Part shown: positions 26,702 through 39,590 of the stretch, one piece after another
Numbering within the stretch: the stretch's first letter is position 1
Layout of the letters: every line of letters begins with the position of its first letter
Assembly: GCF_001194135.2 (NCBI RefSeq)
Contig: NC_068989.1
Span: forward strand, 32,362,621 to 32,422,114
Origin: Octopus bimaculoides
Lineage: Eukaryota
Direction of reading: 5' to 3'
Length of the DNA: 59,494 nt
Program-made: the position numbers and the translations under genes
The notes under the pieces: model-generated
The model's database searches: none
What the model was told of the DNA's origin: nothing
Seen by the model: only the letters and a program-made list of their open reading frames with translations

Positions 26702-27049
26702 CTGAAAAAAAAAAAAGAAAGGGCGGAATATATATATATGTATATATAAATGTACAAATACATATAACAAAAAGTGAGCACAAAAGTATTGTAAAGGTGA
26801 TTAGAATTATCAGAATGAGAATTTATTACAGACAGACAAGTAAGGTAGAGAATAAACTACTCAAAATAATGATGTCATAATGCAAAAAGCTAAATTTTAT
26901 CAAGAGAAAATATAGCGAATACAATAAGCCACCATTATAAGTATTAATCATATCTAGATGATTAATATGTGCAACAGGTTTTTTTTCTTTTTTACAAAAT
27001 AACCTGTTCAAGGCTACAAATCAGACATGTGGCTGGGGGAAAACCCAGC

Positions 27050-28920
27050 CAAACTGAAGGTGACATGGTGGTGGAATGGCACAGTTGATAAGGTAGTAAA
27101 GAGTAAGAGACAGGCTTAGAAAACCTGGAAGGAAGGTAATAGTAAGGAACTTTTGCAAATGGCTAGCAGAGAAGCTAGATGACAGGTAACTTGGCTAAAG
27201 GTAAGGCAGAATGGAAGACATGCAATGCGAGGATAAGAGGTGTGAAGTATTCAGGATTGTGAACTGAGAAGTCAATGGTCAGAAATGTATTTGGAATGAT
27301 GAAAACAAATTCGCTATCAATACGAAAAACAATAAAATGGCTTAGAAATTCTATTATGAGAAGTGGTTGGTGTTAGGAAGGGCATCCAGCCATAAAAACC
27401 ATGCCAAAACTGGTTGGCTCCTGTCAAACCACCCAACCCATGCAAGCATGGTAAATGGACATTAAATGATGCTGATGCTGAGTGTGGAGAATGCATAGGA
27501 TAAAGAGGAGCTATCTCATGATGACCCTACCGAGGAACTAGAGATTCAAGCTGACAATAGTATGATAAATAGAGTGATTAAGGACATGAAGAGAGGGAAG
27601 GCTGCAGGTCCATCAGGGATATAATTACCATCTAGATAGTTAATCAAGTTATATAGGAAAGTGTCACATCCTGTAAGTAACATAGCTGGTTGTTGTAAAC
27701 TGCCGCAAAGGCAAAGAAGATGTCTTAGAGAGAGGAAACTATAGAGGAATCAAACTACTGGATCAGATTATTGAAGTCGGAGAGAGAATCATAACACAAC
27801 TAATTTATGATTGAGATTTAGATGAGTTGCTGTTGTGGCTTTGTCCCTGAAAGAGGAACTACAGATGCAAACTTTCTAGTGAAGGCAATTGCAGAGGAAA
27901 AACTTGGTTAGCATTTGACAGGATACCACACTCAGTAATTTGGTAGTCATTTGAGGAATGATGTAAATGAATTGCATTTCAGAGCAGTACAAGCTATGTA
28001 GAAAGGTGCAGTAAGTGAGAATTAATTTCAGTGATAAATTTAATGTGATGGTAGGAGTTCACCAAGATTCAGTCCTCAGTCTCCTCCTTTTCATTATAGT
28101 CCTACAGCCCATTACAGACTGGATGTCTATGCTATATGCTGCTGATCTAGTTCTCATAGCTGAATTTATAAGAAATTCCAGGCATGTAAACTAAACCTAG
28201 ACTCAAGAGGTCTTAAAGTAAACCTAGCAAAGATGAAGGTTTTTAGTAACAGAAGACAGGACACTAGTAACTTCAGGGAGATGGTCTTGCTTGATATGCA
28301 GAAAAGGAGCAGGTATAAACTCCATTGCTCCATGTAAGCTATGGACACACAATAAATGCAGTGGAATTATAGACAAGCTATCTGAGAACTTAAGCTTTAA
28401 ATGTGATATATTGGAGTAGTACATACTCCGATATAGTTTCTCTTAAATGCCTGAATGGCTCACTAGAAGTAGTTGATAGCTTTTGTTACCTAGAAGTATT
28501 TAACTAGGGAGATAGTTGTTCTGAAAATATAGTAGCCAGAAGAACAGGTTGGAGAAAGTTCAGAGCTACTACTGCTGCTGACAACAAAAGACTTTTCCCT
28601 CAGAGTGAAGAGCAAACTGCATGATGTTTGAGTTAGAAGCACAATGTTGCATGGTAGTGAGACATGGGCCTTGAATGCAGAAGACTTAGCATGTTCCATT
28701 GGATGTATAATGAAGTGTGCATGAATAGTATAGCACAAATGTACTAAGAGAAAAACTGGATATAAGAGGAATTAGATGCAATGTGCAAGATAAAGACTAC
28801 ACTGGTATGAACATGTGACATGTATAGAGGAGGACAGCTGTGTAAAGAAATGATGATAACTTAAGACCTACTAAAAGAGGAAGACATGGGACAAATTGTT
28901 GAAGGACCTTGAACCTCATG
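27050..28920 (+). mobile_element. Highly decayed RTE LINE (RT region) with an embedded 3' UTR copy at ~27361-27480
   Basis: Remnants WWWNGTVDKVVK, KAAGPSG, NYRGIKLLD, GVHQDSVLSPLLF, YAADLV; many stops. Confidence 0.75.
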
Positions 28921-28923
28921 GAG

Positions 28924-29760
28924 GCCTTTGATGACAGTTGTGAAAAACCAAGATGGCAAAAGGTAATGTATGATTACTCTGTCAAATGTAATTCTTATTT
29001 ATTCACATTGGTTTGGCTTGATCAGACTCAGTATTATTTTGTAACTTTAATTTTTTACATATAAACTTGAAATTCTATTAGAAGGTGGGTGATAAAATAC
29101 CAAGGATTTACAGTTATTTTTACCTGGGTGTTTTATCCATGGACAAGTGAAATTAATTGGTGTGAAAGCTATAACTTTACAGTAAACATGAAAATGGAAC
29201 CTTTTATGTGTTTTACCTGTTTGTTTTGTTACTAAAATTAATTCCAGATATTGACTTCCAACAATTTGCCACTTTTTATAAGCAGGTATATTAATTTGAG
29301 TTAAGCACCTGTACCAGTGGAGCGCTAAGAGCACCATCCAAGCGTGATCGTTGCCAGAGCAGCTGTCTGGCTTCCGTGCCAGTGGCATATAAATAGCATC
29401 ATTTGAGTGCAGTCATTACCAGTGTCACCTTCCTGGCACTTGTGACGGTGGCATGTGAAAAGACATTCGAATGAGGTCATTGCCAGTGCTGCTGGACTGG
29501 CTCCTGTGCAGGTGGTACGTAAAATACACCATTTTGAGCGTGGCCGTTGCCAGTACCGCCTGACTGGCCTTCATGCCAGTGGCACGTAAAAGCACCCACT
29601 ACACTCTTGGAGTGGTTGGCGTTAGGAAGGGCATCCAACTGTAGAAACTCTGCCAAATTAGATTGGAGCCTGGTGTAGCCATCTGGTTCACCAGTCCTCA
29701 GTCAAATCGTCCAACCCATGCTAGCATGGAAAGCGGACATTAAATGATGATGATGATGAT
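28924..29760 (+). repeat. Duplicate of 41097-41930: 3' 39 nt of a MED1 exon, donor, intron and RTE 3' UTR
   Basis: 28924-28973 is identical to 41097-41146. 29309 onward matches 41464 onward. The intervening ~335 nt is about the size of the 317-N gap. Confidence 0.85.
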
Positions 29761-30742
29761 TTCTGGTAGAGGTGTGGGGGTGATCATTTAACGTCTATTT
29801 TCCATTTTGGCATGGGTTGGACAGTTTGACAGGAGCTGGTATGGCTGGGAGCTGTACCAGGCACCATTGTCTGTTTCGGTATGGATACCCTTTCTAATGT
29901 CAACCAAGTACTGGGTGCTTTTTATGTGGCAACTGCACCAATAGGGTCACCAAGCAACTTGCAAGACAAAACTCCTTGGCTGGGAGGGGGAAAGTAGTAT
30001 TGAGTGGTTGTGGCATTGTGCTACTTGTGAGATCAAAAGTTAAGAGGGACAAGGATAGGTGTCCTGCTGTAGAGTAGATTTATGAATACCCAAGCTGGAA
30101 GAGAAAGGAGAGCAAGTTAGAGAGTAAGATAAAGAAAGGTGTTTGAGAGAGTAAGATGAAGAGAGCAATAGTGAGAAAGATGGTGTTGAACATGTATCGA
30201 GACATGCACTGAAGGGACATTGGGGGTGGTTAGAATAAGTGAAGTGATACAAGAGGTGGGGGTTGATACAAGTGAGGTGTTAATGATGGGGAACAACACA
30301 GGGGAGAGAAACTTTCTTGTTTTGTTTACACAGTAAAGATTGAGAGTAGAATGTTTTACTGGATAAAGTCAAAAAATTCTGATAAAGTGTGGTGCATTTG
30401 GGCATAACATTTAATATTAATACCCCTTTTTGGTGAGTTCACTTAACACCAATCTAGAGAAGTTTCAGCTTGGACAAGTAATATCTGAAACTATCTCCCA
30501 AAAACTTTACTACCAACAACAACCAGGAAGACATTCCTAGTATTGGTGCTATACAAAAATAAATGCCCTTATTTCTAGAGTGAAATAGTAGTCTCTCAAC
30601 TTTGACAACAATAATGGAAGATTCTTAGAAGCGAAATATACTGTAGAACTTTTGGGGCCTGTATATCTCCACCACATAATCACCCTTTGGATAAATTTGA
30701 AGAGAATATTCTTAACATGATCCTGAACATTAAACTCCTTAA

Positions 30743-30962
30743 CCCTTTAACATTCAGATTACACTGTCAAATGTGATACTTATTTATTCACACTGCTTTG
30801 AATTAATCATGCATTATCTTGTAACTTAGAGATTTTGATGATGTGATTGTTTATTTTTAGAATTACATTGTAGTGCAGCTGTGAGAGGCTGGAAGTGGTT
30901 GGTATAAACATAAAACAGATAGAATATTTGGGTCTGATATGGCCAGTTTAAATACTAAAGGA
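30743..30962. mobile_element. piggyBac-type MITE
   Basis: TTAA-CCCTTTAACATTCAG...AATACTAAAGGA-TTAA. A second, inverted copy lies at ~54110-54300. Confidence 0.75.
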
Positions 30963-31161
30963 TTAAACAATCCAACCCTTTCCAACAGAAACTCGTGAAT
31001 ATTGTTAACCAGATTTGGAAATCTGAAAAACTGCACATGCTCGTTGATAAGGGAAGGAGAAGATAAAGGAAAGAAAGGATAGGAATGGGGAGGTGGTGAT
31101 GAAATATGTCAAGAATTCTAGCTGTATTTAAACTCATTGACCACTGATGTTAAATATAATA

Positions 31162-32428
31162 CTAGGTCATCCCATAAATAACACTGTTTTTCAATTGCAT
31201 GAACTAAAAGTCAGAGGGAGACAGGATAAAATACCTGCATCAACTTGCTATTAAAGCAGGTAGTAATTTTACTTGCTTATTCTTAGTGCAAGTTTTGAAG
31301 AGTGCAGTTTGATTTTAACAGTTATTTTCTCAAAGCTATAATGGAAGTGAAAGAGGAGCATTGCAACGGAAAGTGTGAGGAATATTAATGCAATATATGG
31401 AGATTGGACAATAAGTGGAAGCCAGTGTCAGTGGTGGTTCCAGAAATACTGAGCTAGAAACTACAGCCTAGAAGACAAGCTTTGCATCCTGGAAGGTTTG
31501 TACAGCTCAACAAGGACATCCCGCAAATCCTGGTAACTATTGAGGAACAAGTAGAGAAGCTTGGATATGGTCATTCAACAATTCATAGAAACCTGCATGC
31601 CACTGTAAAAGTCAGGAAATTGGGTCAATGGGTTCCTTACAAACTTTCCGAGTCTAATCGAATGCAGAGAACGAATGTGTGCTCTTCTTTGCTGCCACAC
31701 CTCACAAATGAACCTTTTTTGGACTGAATAGTGACTGGCGACAAGAAATAGGTTCTCTATAAAAATGTCAAGCACCAAAGACAGTGGGTAGGGAAAGGAG
31801 AAACACCAGCACCCCAAGCTAAAGAAGGCTTCCACCCACATAAAGTGTTGTTATCTGTTTGGAAGGATATGAAAGGCTTATTCTGCTTTGAACTTTTAAA
31901 CCCAAACCAAATGATAACAAAGGAGATTTACTGTGAGCAGCTTGAGCAGCTTAAATCAGTGCTAAAAGAAAAACGGCCATCTTTGGTTTTAAGATGAAAG
32001 GTGTTCTTCCATCAGGATAATGCTCAGCCACATACAGTGAGGATGACATTCCAAAGGCTGGAGCAGTATGAATGGGAGATGATGCCCCACCCACCATGTT
32101 CGCAGGACACTGCCCCATCTGATTATCATTTATTCCGCAGTCTTCAAAATCATTTGAACAGAAAAAATATGAATTCAGTAGACGAGATCAGAACAGTACT
32201 GGGGGAGAACTTTTCATCACAGAAACCTGCATGCCACTGTAAAAGTCAGGAAATTGGGTCAATGGGTTTTGGAAGAGGGGCCTTGCAAGTCTACCAGACA
32301 GATGGAAGTACATTATAGAAAATGAAGGAGAGTATATATATATATTTTAGATTAAAAAAGATTTGTTTATCTTAATGTTGAAAAATGAAAGAAGTATGAA
32401 AAGCTGCATTATTTGTGGGATGACCCAA
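31162..32428 (+). mobile_element. Near full-length (~1.27 kb) decayed mariner
   Basis: TA-flanked TIRs CTAGGTCATCCCATAAATAA / TTATTTGTGGGATGACCCAA. Motifs LGQWVPY, FFHQDNAQPH, HPPCSQDTAPSDYHLFRSLQNHL. Confidence 0.92.
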
Positions 32429-32819
32429 TATAAATGGATATGAAGTATAGGATATTTATAAGCTAGACATATAAGATATTAGAAAGACTTGAAAAAGAAT
32501 AGCAAATATTGTTGTTGAGAGGTAACAAGATATGCCCATAATAATAATATTATTAAAGGAATTAAAGTAAACACTAAAAAACCTGAAGGAATTATGGTGT
32601 AAGAATTAGTAGAAAAAAAAAGGAAAATGAACAAACATTCATAATACCACTTCAGTAACAGAACTAGTACAATCTAGTTAAAACCATTTAAAGATTATAT
32701 GGAGAATATTAGATCAGTTATATAAGCCCACCCTTATTTAAGTCAGTTACTCTTAATATTACTTAGGAAAATATTAAAAAGTTTTTCTATCTAGATGTAA
32801 ACAGAAAACATCATCATTA

Positions 32820-33790
32820 ACATCACCACCATTACCATAATCATCATTTAATGTCCATTTTCCAGGCTGACATGGGTTGGACAGTTTGACAGAAGATGAC
32901 CAGCTGAAGAGCTGTTCAGGCTCCATGCCTGTTTTGGCATGGTCTCTACAGCTGTATGCCCTTCCTAATGCCAACCACTTTACAGAGTGTATTGAATGCT
33001 TTTATGCAGTACTGGCATGGGTGCTTTTTACATGCCACCAGCATCTACAAGCCCACAAAATTAGGGATGCTCAGTTGGAGAGGAGTGCAGGGAATGAGAC
33101 TGTATGCAAGTGCAACTACACTTTTCACTTAGTTTGATGTGTCTTTTTAAGCACAGCAAACCACCAGGAGTCTTGCTCCCCTGTCATTCCCTCTGTGAGT
33201 CCCAACATCTGTAGATCGTTTCTCACCACTAGAGATCAGCACCTTTTGATGCAATTGTCTTCATTCATATGCATTATATGGCCATGCCAGTACAGTCTTC
33301 TCTCTTGCACACTACATCTGATGCTATGTATACCCAGTTTTTCTCTCATATCACTCACACTCTGTCATATATGCACACTGACATTACCCATCCAGCGAAG
33401 CATACTGGCTTCATTTCTTTCAAGTTTTTGCATATCCTCAGTAGTCACAGCCCATGCCTCACTGTCATGTAGCATAACTGTTCATACACAGGCATCATAC
33501 AATCTGCCTTTCACTCTGAGAGGCCCTTTGTTACTAACAGAGGAAGTAGCTTTCTAAACTTAGCTCAGCCTATTCTTATTCTAGCAGCTATGCTTTTGGA
33601 ACAACCACTCCAACTACTAACTTGATCACCTAAGTAACAAAAACTGTCTACTACTTCTAGGGATCTATTTTTTGTACAATCCCGGTGTTTAATGTACTTG
33701 CACATCTGCCATGTGTAAAGACTATCTTCTCTGTTAGTTGTCCAGTGATACCACTGCACTTCTTATGTGTCCATAGCCTGTACTGAGTAC
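32820..33790 (-). mobile_element. Decayed RTE LINE 3' portion
   Basis: EVVDSFCYLGDQVSSWSGCSKSIAARIRIG and LYWHGHIMHMNEDNCIK, followed by a UTR with a (GAT)-like tail. Confidence 0.8.
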
Positions 33791-34346
33791 ACCTCATGGA
33801 GTTTCTCTCGACACCTTTTCTACATATCGAGCAGGGCCATCACCCTGAAAGGATCTGCTATTTGTCAGTTTTCCTACTTCATTTAAAAACAGCTCAAAGA
33901 ATTGCAGTACCAACAAACATCTTGATAAAGAAGCTTGTAAAGAAAATGTGAGCAAGAAGTCAAGCAAACAGTGAAGTTCTTGGAATGAAACCTTGGACAA
34001 AGTATTTAGTACATGAGAAAAAGGTTTTATTTATAGTAATAGGAATGTGGGAACATTCAAATGAGCAGAAACTATTGACGTAGCAGTAAAAGAGGTGGGA
34101 AGAACAAATACATTTAAGGTTTTGCTAGTCAGAATGCTTTTGTGTGAACTGGTAACATCATTTGGAAAATGTAAGCATGTATGAGGTACATAAGATAAAT
34201 GAAGGAAATACACTGGTACAGCAGTTGAGAAATTATCCAACTTGATAGTTTAAAGATTACATGCAGCATTATGAAGCTCCTACATATTACTTACAAAACA
34301 AAGAGTTACTGATATAGAATTAGAATGAAAGTAATGCTATACATAC

Positions 34347-34452
34347 TGGTGAAATACTTTAGATGCATATTCATCAGAACAAAACGACTGTCCATCAAGA
34401 GCAGTACAGACGCGGCACTTCAGATTGGTGATGTCACTCATATCAAACTCGG
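34347..34452 (-). CDS. MED1: MED1 penultimate coding exon (106 nt)
   Basis: AG|CC GAG...CAC CA|GTATGT encodes (A)EFDMSDITNLKCRVCTALDGQSFCSDEYASKVFH(Q), matching vertebrate MDVQDSTHVSCKLY...ICTDDFIAKVVQ. The phase-1 start fits exon 57303-57398 and the phase-2 end fits 26701. Confidence 0.9.
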
Positions 34453-35689
34453 CTTAAACAAAATAAAATAAAAGTAATACTTCATTATACATTAACACAG
34501 GGTATAGAGATATATTTATAAATGATTTTTTTTCCTCATCCAATTTTGTAAGGAAGGAGAAGAGCCAATATAACTGATGCTGATCACACAAGGAGAAAAA
34601 AGAATTTAATGCAAAATAGAAGTGGCTGTGGTGAGCTGAGATGCATAGGGGTAGTTGGATATAAAATTTTTAAGGGTTGTCTGGTTTGGAGTGGCAACAA
34701 TAAATAGTTTTCTAAGTTTCAGAATTTTCTTCCATAAGTACATATTTTTATAGGTGTAGTGTACATGTAGTAATACAAAGTGCATGTCTGTTATGTTTTG
34801 AATACATTTTGCTATGCTGGAGGAAAGATTAAGGATGAGTGCCATATTTCATGACAGCTCAGAGATATTATTTACATGCCCAAAGTACATTCAGTTGTCT
34901 ATTTGCTTTGTTTTTTATAACCGTTACAAGTGAAAAAAAAAAAGGTCATTAGGATTTTAGTTGTTTGAATAATTTTTATGTTGGTGAGTATACAGTCAGT
35001 CATTATGATGCTTTCCAGTGATGCTGGAGGATGAGGTAATGATGGATTTGTTTAATGCTATAATTAGTCACAGTTCTAGTGAGAGGAATTTCAGCTGTTG
35101 ATGTTGTGATGTTGTCAGCAAAAGATGCTAAGTATATATCATAGAAAGTAAAGGAATGATTAGATAGAACACGTTTTAGTGGTGCTTAATATAAAAGGTC
35201 ATGCTATTAATACAAGTTTAATTAAAAGATTAATGATATAATGTAGAGGAAAGGGACAATTTTGGGTGTTAAAGAACAGAATGAGTGGTTTGCCAGCTGA
35301 TGTCTGAAATAATAAAATTAACATGACATTTTGATGGAAGGTTCTAATTTTGGTCACTTTAAAATAATAACTTTGTATCATAGAGCCAAGGGTGATCTCA
35401 TGCAGTTGGTATCAATAGGGTTAAGATGTCCCTGCCACCATTTTCTCAAAGACAGAAATATCCACTTTAGTGGGATCCTTCAGATTATCCTTGAGCAATT
35501 TCTCAGTGCAGACTTAAAGGGGTGGAGAACAGATATGATTCCAACTGACAAATGTTACAAGGAATATACTGATGCAGCAAAAATATAATATTACTGACTT
35601 TGATACACCAAAGAATGAAGTAGATACCAAAGAAATTTTTAAGTATTTGAAAAGTTTGGAATGTGTGAAAATTATTTCTAATGTCATTG

Positions 35690-35870
35690 GAGGGTATGAG
35701 ACATTCTGGCACAGCCATTTTAGCATTGTCTATTTGGCATCCCTGATTTGACACCAAGTTATTTAACATCAGACGTATTAATGTTTCCCTTATTCTCTCT
35801 ACCACCCCATTGTCTTTGGGCGTGTGCGTGAGCATATTTCTCTTTATGCTCATGAGGAGAGAGAAAGTGT
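35690..35870 (-). mobile_element. Possible Ty1/copia-type integrase remnant
   Basis: LTHTPKDNGVVERIRETL resembles the integrase motif TPQQNGVxERxNRTL; short and isolated. Confidence 0.35.
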
Positions 35871-35949
35871 TTATGTCAGTCATGCTGAATAAATAAATTG
35901 TAATCTCTCTCTCTCTCTCTGTTATATATATATATATATAGATATAAAG

Positions 35950-36200
35950 ATAAGAATGTGTGTCTGTCTGTCTGTATGTCTGCATGCATCACTAAAACTC
36001 GAGAACTACCCAACCGATTTCATTCAAAATTTACGTCTTACTTCAGGTCCATGCAGTGTCATGTGTCGAAATCAATTGTCAACTTCATGGTTAATGTGAG
36101 CCTGGAGCAGTCTCTTATATCTTACACATTTTCAGGATTACGTGTCAAAAGTGAAACGATAACATCTCTATTTTCATGTGATTTACTTTCAATTTTAATA
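35950..36200 (+). mobile_element. Possible non-autonomous Helitron fragment
   Basis: (GTCT)n followed by ACTACCCAACCGATTTCATTCAAAATTT, a layout typical of invertebrate Helitron-N elements. No termini seen. Confidence 0.4.
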
Positions 36201-36281
36201 TTGAAATTATTATCCCACATATATAAACCCACCCACCCACCTACATATATATATACACTTCAATACATATACATATGTGTG

Positions 36282-36314
<33 letters not shown>

Positions 36315-37415
36315 NNNNNNNNNNNNNNNNNNNNNNNNNNNNNNNNNNNNNNNNNNNNNNNNNNNNNNNNNNNNNNNNNNNNNNNNNNNNNNNNNNNNNN
36401 NNNNNNNNNNNNNNTTGGGCCTCACCGAGGCGATGACTACTGACCGAGACCTTTGGAAATATGTATATATATATATATCATCATCATCGTTTAACATATA
36501 TGTATATGTATATATGTATATATATATTTGTATATATATGTATATATGTTTGTGTATATGTATATATATATGTGTGTGTACATATATATGTATATGTGTA
36601 TATATATGTGTGTGTGTGTATTAGAAAAATAATCAGGTACTCAGATGAGTGGATGGTTGTACATCTACAGATTTTTATTAATATGTCACATGTTTTATAA
36701 ATTAACACTTTCACGTAGTCTTGTATGGTTTTCAAATTTTGATTTCACTTTCAGATGCTGTCTCTTTTTATATTATTGAATGTGTAGGGGTGGAGATATA
36801 TATATATATATATAGGATAGTAAGAGAGGGTGAGTAATGGAGGGAAAAGTGAGAGAGAGAGAGTGTGTGTGTGAGTGTTTTTCTGTTGGTGTGTGTGTGT
36901 ATGCCTGTGTGTCAATGTAAACAAGGTTTTCTACTTTCTTCCTTCTCTTTCCCATTATCTATTATTAATCAGGTATTGTGCGTACACTGTTCTACTCGCA
37001 CTTTTACATATTTTAAAAAATAACAAACTTTGAAAAATGTGGTACTTCTACATCTACCATGTTCATCTTTGGCTATTAATTAGCAGATATTCAAATTGAA
37101 ATTGAACCTTTATAACACACATTTTTGATTTCTCACCTTAACGTATAATCTTCCTGTGATAGTTAAAATTTCAACTTTATCCATGGATAGTATATTTTTT
37201 CACATCACTTCTGCTATTGCTGTTAGTTTTTAGTATGTTTCTTACTTATTTTTACTCTATTTAACTTAAAAGAATAGGATGTTTTGAAAGTTCTTAATAA
37301 TTTTTAATTAGTTTTCAAACCTTGTATATTTTATTTTATTTAATGCCTGACCCTGAATGATCCTTATCATTCCATTATTTCATGGCTTGTAGTGGTATTG
37401 TTACTGTTATTCTAT

Positions 37416-37736
37416 CTTATTATTATGCGCCCTTTTAAAGCCTAGCCAGGCTCATGGGCCCGGTTTCTATGGTGTATGTGTTCCACCCAGCTGGACGGGA
37501 CGCCAGTCCATCGCAGCGTTACTCAAGAAACAGGAAGAGAGAGTGAGAGAAAATTGGGGCGAAAGAGTACGACAGCTGGAGCCTCGTGGAGCTTTAGGTA
37601 TTTTCGCTCAATAAACACACACACAACACCCGGAATCGAAACCGCGATCCTCCCACACACACAACACCCGGAATCGAAACCGTGATCCTCCGACCGCGAG
37701 TCCGCTGCCCTTACCACTGGGCCATTGTGCCTCCAC
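37416..37736 (-). mobile_element. Young tRNA-derived SINE with V-like core and 13-bp TSD
   Basis: A box TGGCCCAGTGG, duplicated B box GGTTTCGATTCC, core GCGATGGACTGGCGTCCCGTCCAG and (TAA)n tail. TSD ACTGTTATTCTAT at 37403-37415 and 37737-37749. CpG-rich. Confidence 0.88.
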
Positions 37737-37894
37737 ACTGTTATTCTATGGTTGACTTAAATAAATCTAATCCTTGTTCCATTATTATTCTGCACTTGAC
37801 CCATGTTAGTTAACACAAGTTCGTGATTATTTAAGATAGTGCAATTAAACTAGTACATAATTATCATATTCTCTATTAATTGTTTTGGACTACT

Positions 37895-38405
37895 ATTGTA
37901 TTCTTTGTTAATTCCAACCATTCATTTTATTAGTTTCTTAAACCTTGATAAGCCCATTATTATAAACTATGTAAATCCTATATATTAATTCTTTACATTA
38001 GTTATAAAATAAATTCTATCTCTTATGTGTCCTTTAAATGATATTAGATATATAAGTTTTTAATTTTCATCATTATAATTCTATGTTAATTCCAATCATT
38101 CAGTTTACCAGTTTCTTAAACCTTGATGAGTCCATCATTATAAACTATGTAAATCCTTATGTATTAATTCTTTACATTAGTTATAAAATAAATGTTATAT
38201 CTTATGTGTCCATTAAATATGATATTAGATATATAATTTTCACCATTATATTCTATGTTAATTTCAATAATTTATTTTACCAATTTCTTAAACCTTAATG
38301 AGTCCATCATTATAAACCATGTAAATCCTATGTATCAATTCTTTTATAGTAGTTATAAATAAATTTTATCTCTCATGTGTCTTTCAAATAATATTAGATA
38401 TATTA
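37895..38405. repeat. Three tandem ~175-bp AT-rich units
   Basis: TTAAACCTT(G/A)AT recurs at 37938, 38116 and 38288 with collinear downstream sequence. Confidence 0.85.
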
Positions 38406-39135
38406 GCTTTAATTTTAAAATAATTTAAAATAGTTTTTAGTCCAATATATATAAAAAATTTTTTAAACTTCACAGCTTATCTATGGTTCTTTATACTGAT
38501 ATAAATAAGTCTAAATGTACTTGAATGTATTGATTAATTATGTCACTATTATTCACGTAATAATTAAGCTAATATTGGTATCTCAAAGTTTCCATACTTA
38601 GTATATGTAAAACAATACTGATACATATATATAACAACATTTAACAATAACTTATCTTATCGAAGAAATGCTGTTAAACTAAAATTTTAAATGTAGTATG
38701 TAGAATGTAGTGTTTATAAGAAATATATCGCGTGAAAATATGGCGTAAAGAAAAAAATTATGGAATAATGAGATAGAAATATGTATTTAAACCTTTAAGA
38801 TGACATAATGTATTTTAGATGTGAGAATAAGAAAAAAATTAACTGTAGTATATCATTTACTTGAAACTTCTAAAGTCTAAATAACTTAAATCTAAAATAC
38901 CTAAAATACATTATATATAATATACAAAAATGAAGCTAAATTACAATAATTTAATCTATTTTCATTAATTGATTAATTCATGTATTTATTTATTTTATAA
39001 ACATCTTAGTTTAATCTTATTCTAAATATGTAATATATCCTTTATAATCTCGTGCTAATTCATACACATTCTACTACTACAAATCATAACTACAACAATT
39101 AGTAACATAAAATAGGGTTTATATAAATACATAAA

Positions 39136-39590
39136 TTAGCTACACTTATTATATAAGTAATTTAACTTATGACTGCATTTAGTTTTTTGTTTATCCAGGG
39201 AATTAATCAATTTTTTATTATCAGTTAATAATATCTCCTTAAATTCATTAGTACATAATAAACAAAAAGCACTACCTATTCGATAAGATTTAGCCTTACA
39301 AACTATCTCCCAGTTTAAATTGTACATAATATTTTTAGATTTTAGTTCCCATATATATTTACTAAGGCCAGTAGAATTAATTAAATTTCTATTCTTAAAA
39401 GAATTCATTTGTTGAGCCACACGTAACTTAATTTTGTTAAAAGTTGACCCTATGTAAATAGTATTTAAATTATAGCCATTCATATTAATATCATCAAGCA
39501 AATTCACTACACATTTATATACTACATCCTCCAAATTACAGTTATTATTAAATTTACATTTATTTTTTATCTCTACATGTACACTTAATT
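39136..39590 (-). mobile_element. GIY-YIG endonuclease of a Penelope-like element
   Basis: VVYKC...IYIGST...KLR...STGLSKYIWELKSKN...NWEIVCKAKSY...CLLC...LIN...CSH. An upstream Cys linker KCTCRDK/NKCKFNNNC crosses one frameshift. No RT motif seen. Confidence 0.85.

Noticed and set aside
26702-26781. ORF-track N-terminus MLTFCYMYLYIYIY... of the 1545-aa ORF
   Set aside because: Intronic sequence upstream of the polypyrimidine/AG acceptor at 26702-26703.
37690-37736. tRNA-like A/B boxes (also at 9770 and 46893)
   Set aside because: These are SINE heads with bodies and tails; no cloverleaf or acceptor stem, so not called as tRNA genes.
38120-38140. CTTGATGAGTCC, resembling the hammerhead CUGAUGAGUCC
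   Set aside because: No complementary GGAC-GAAA follows, so the core cannot form.
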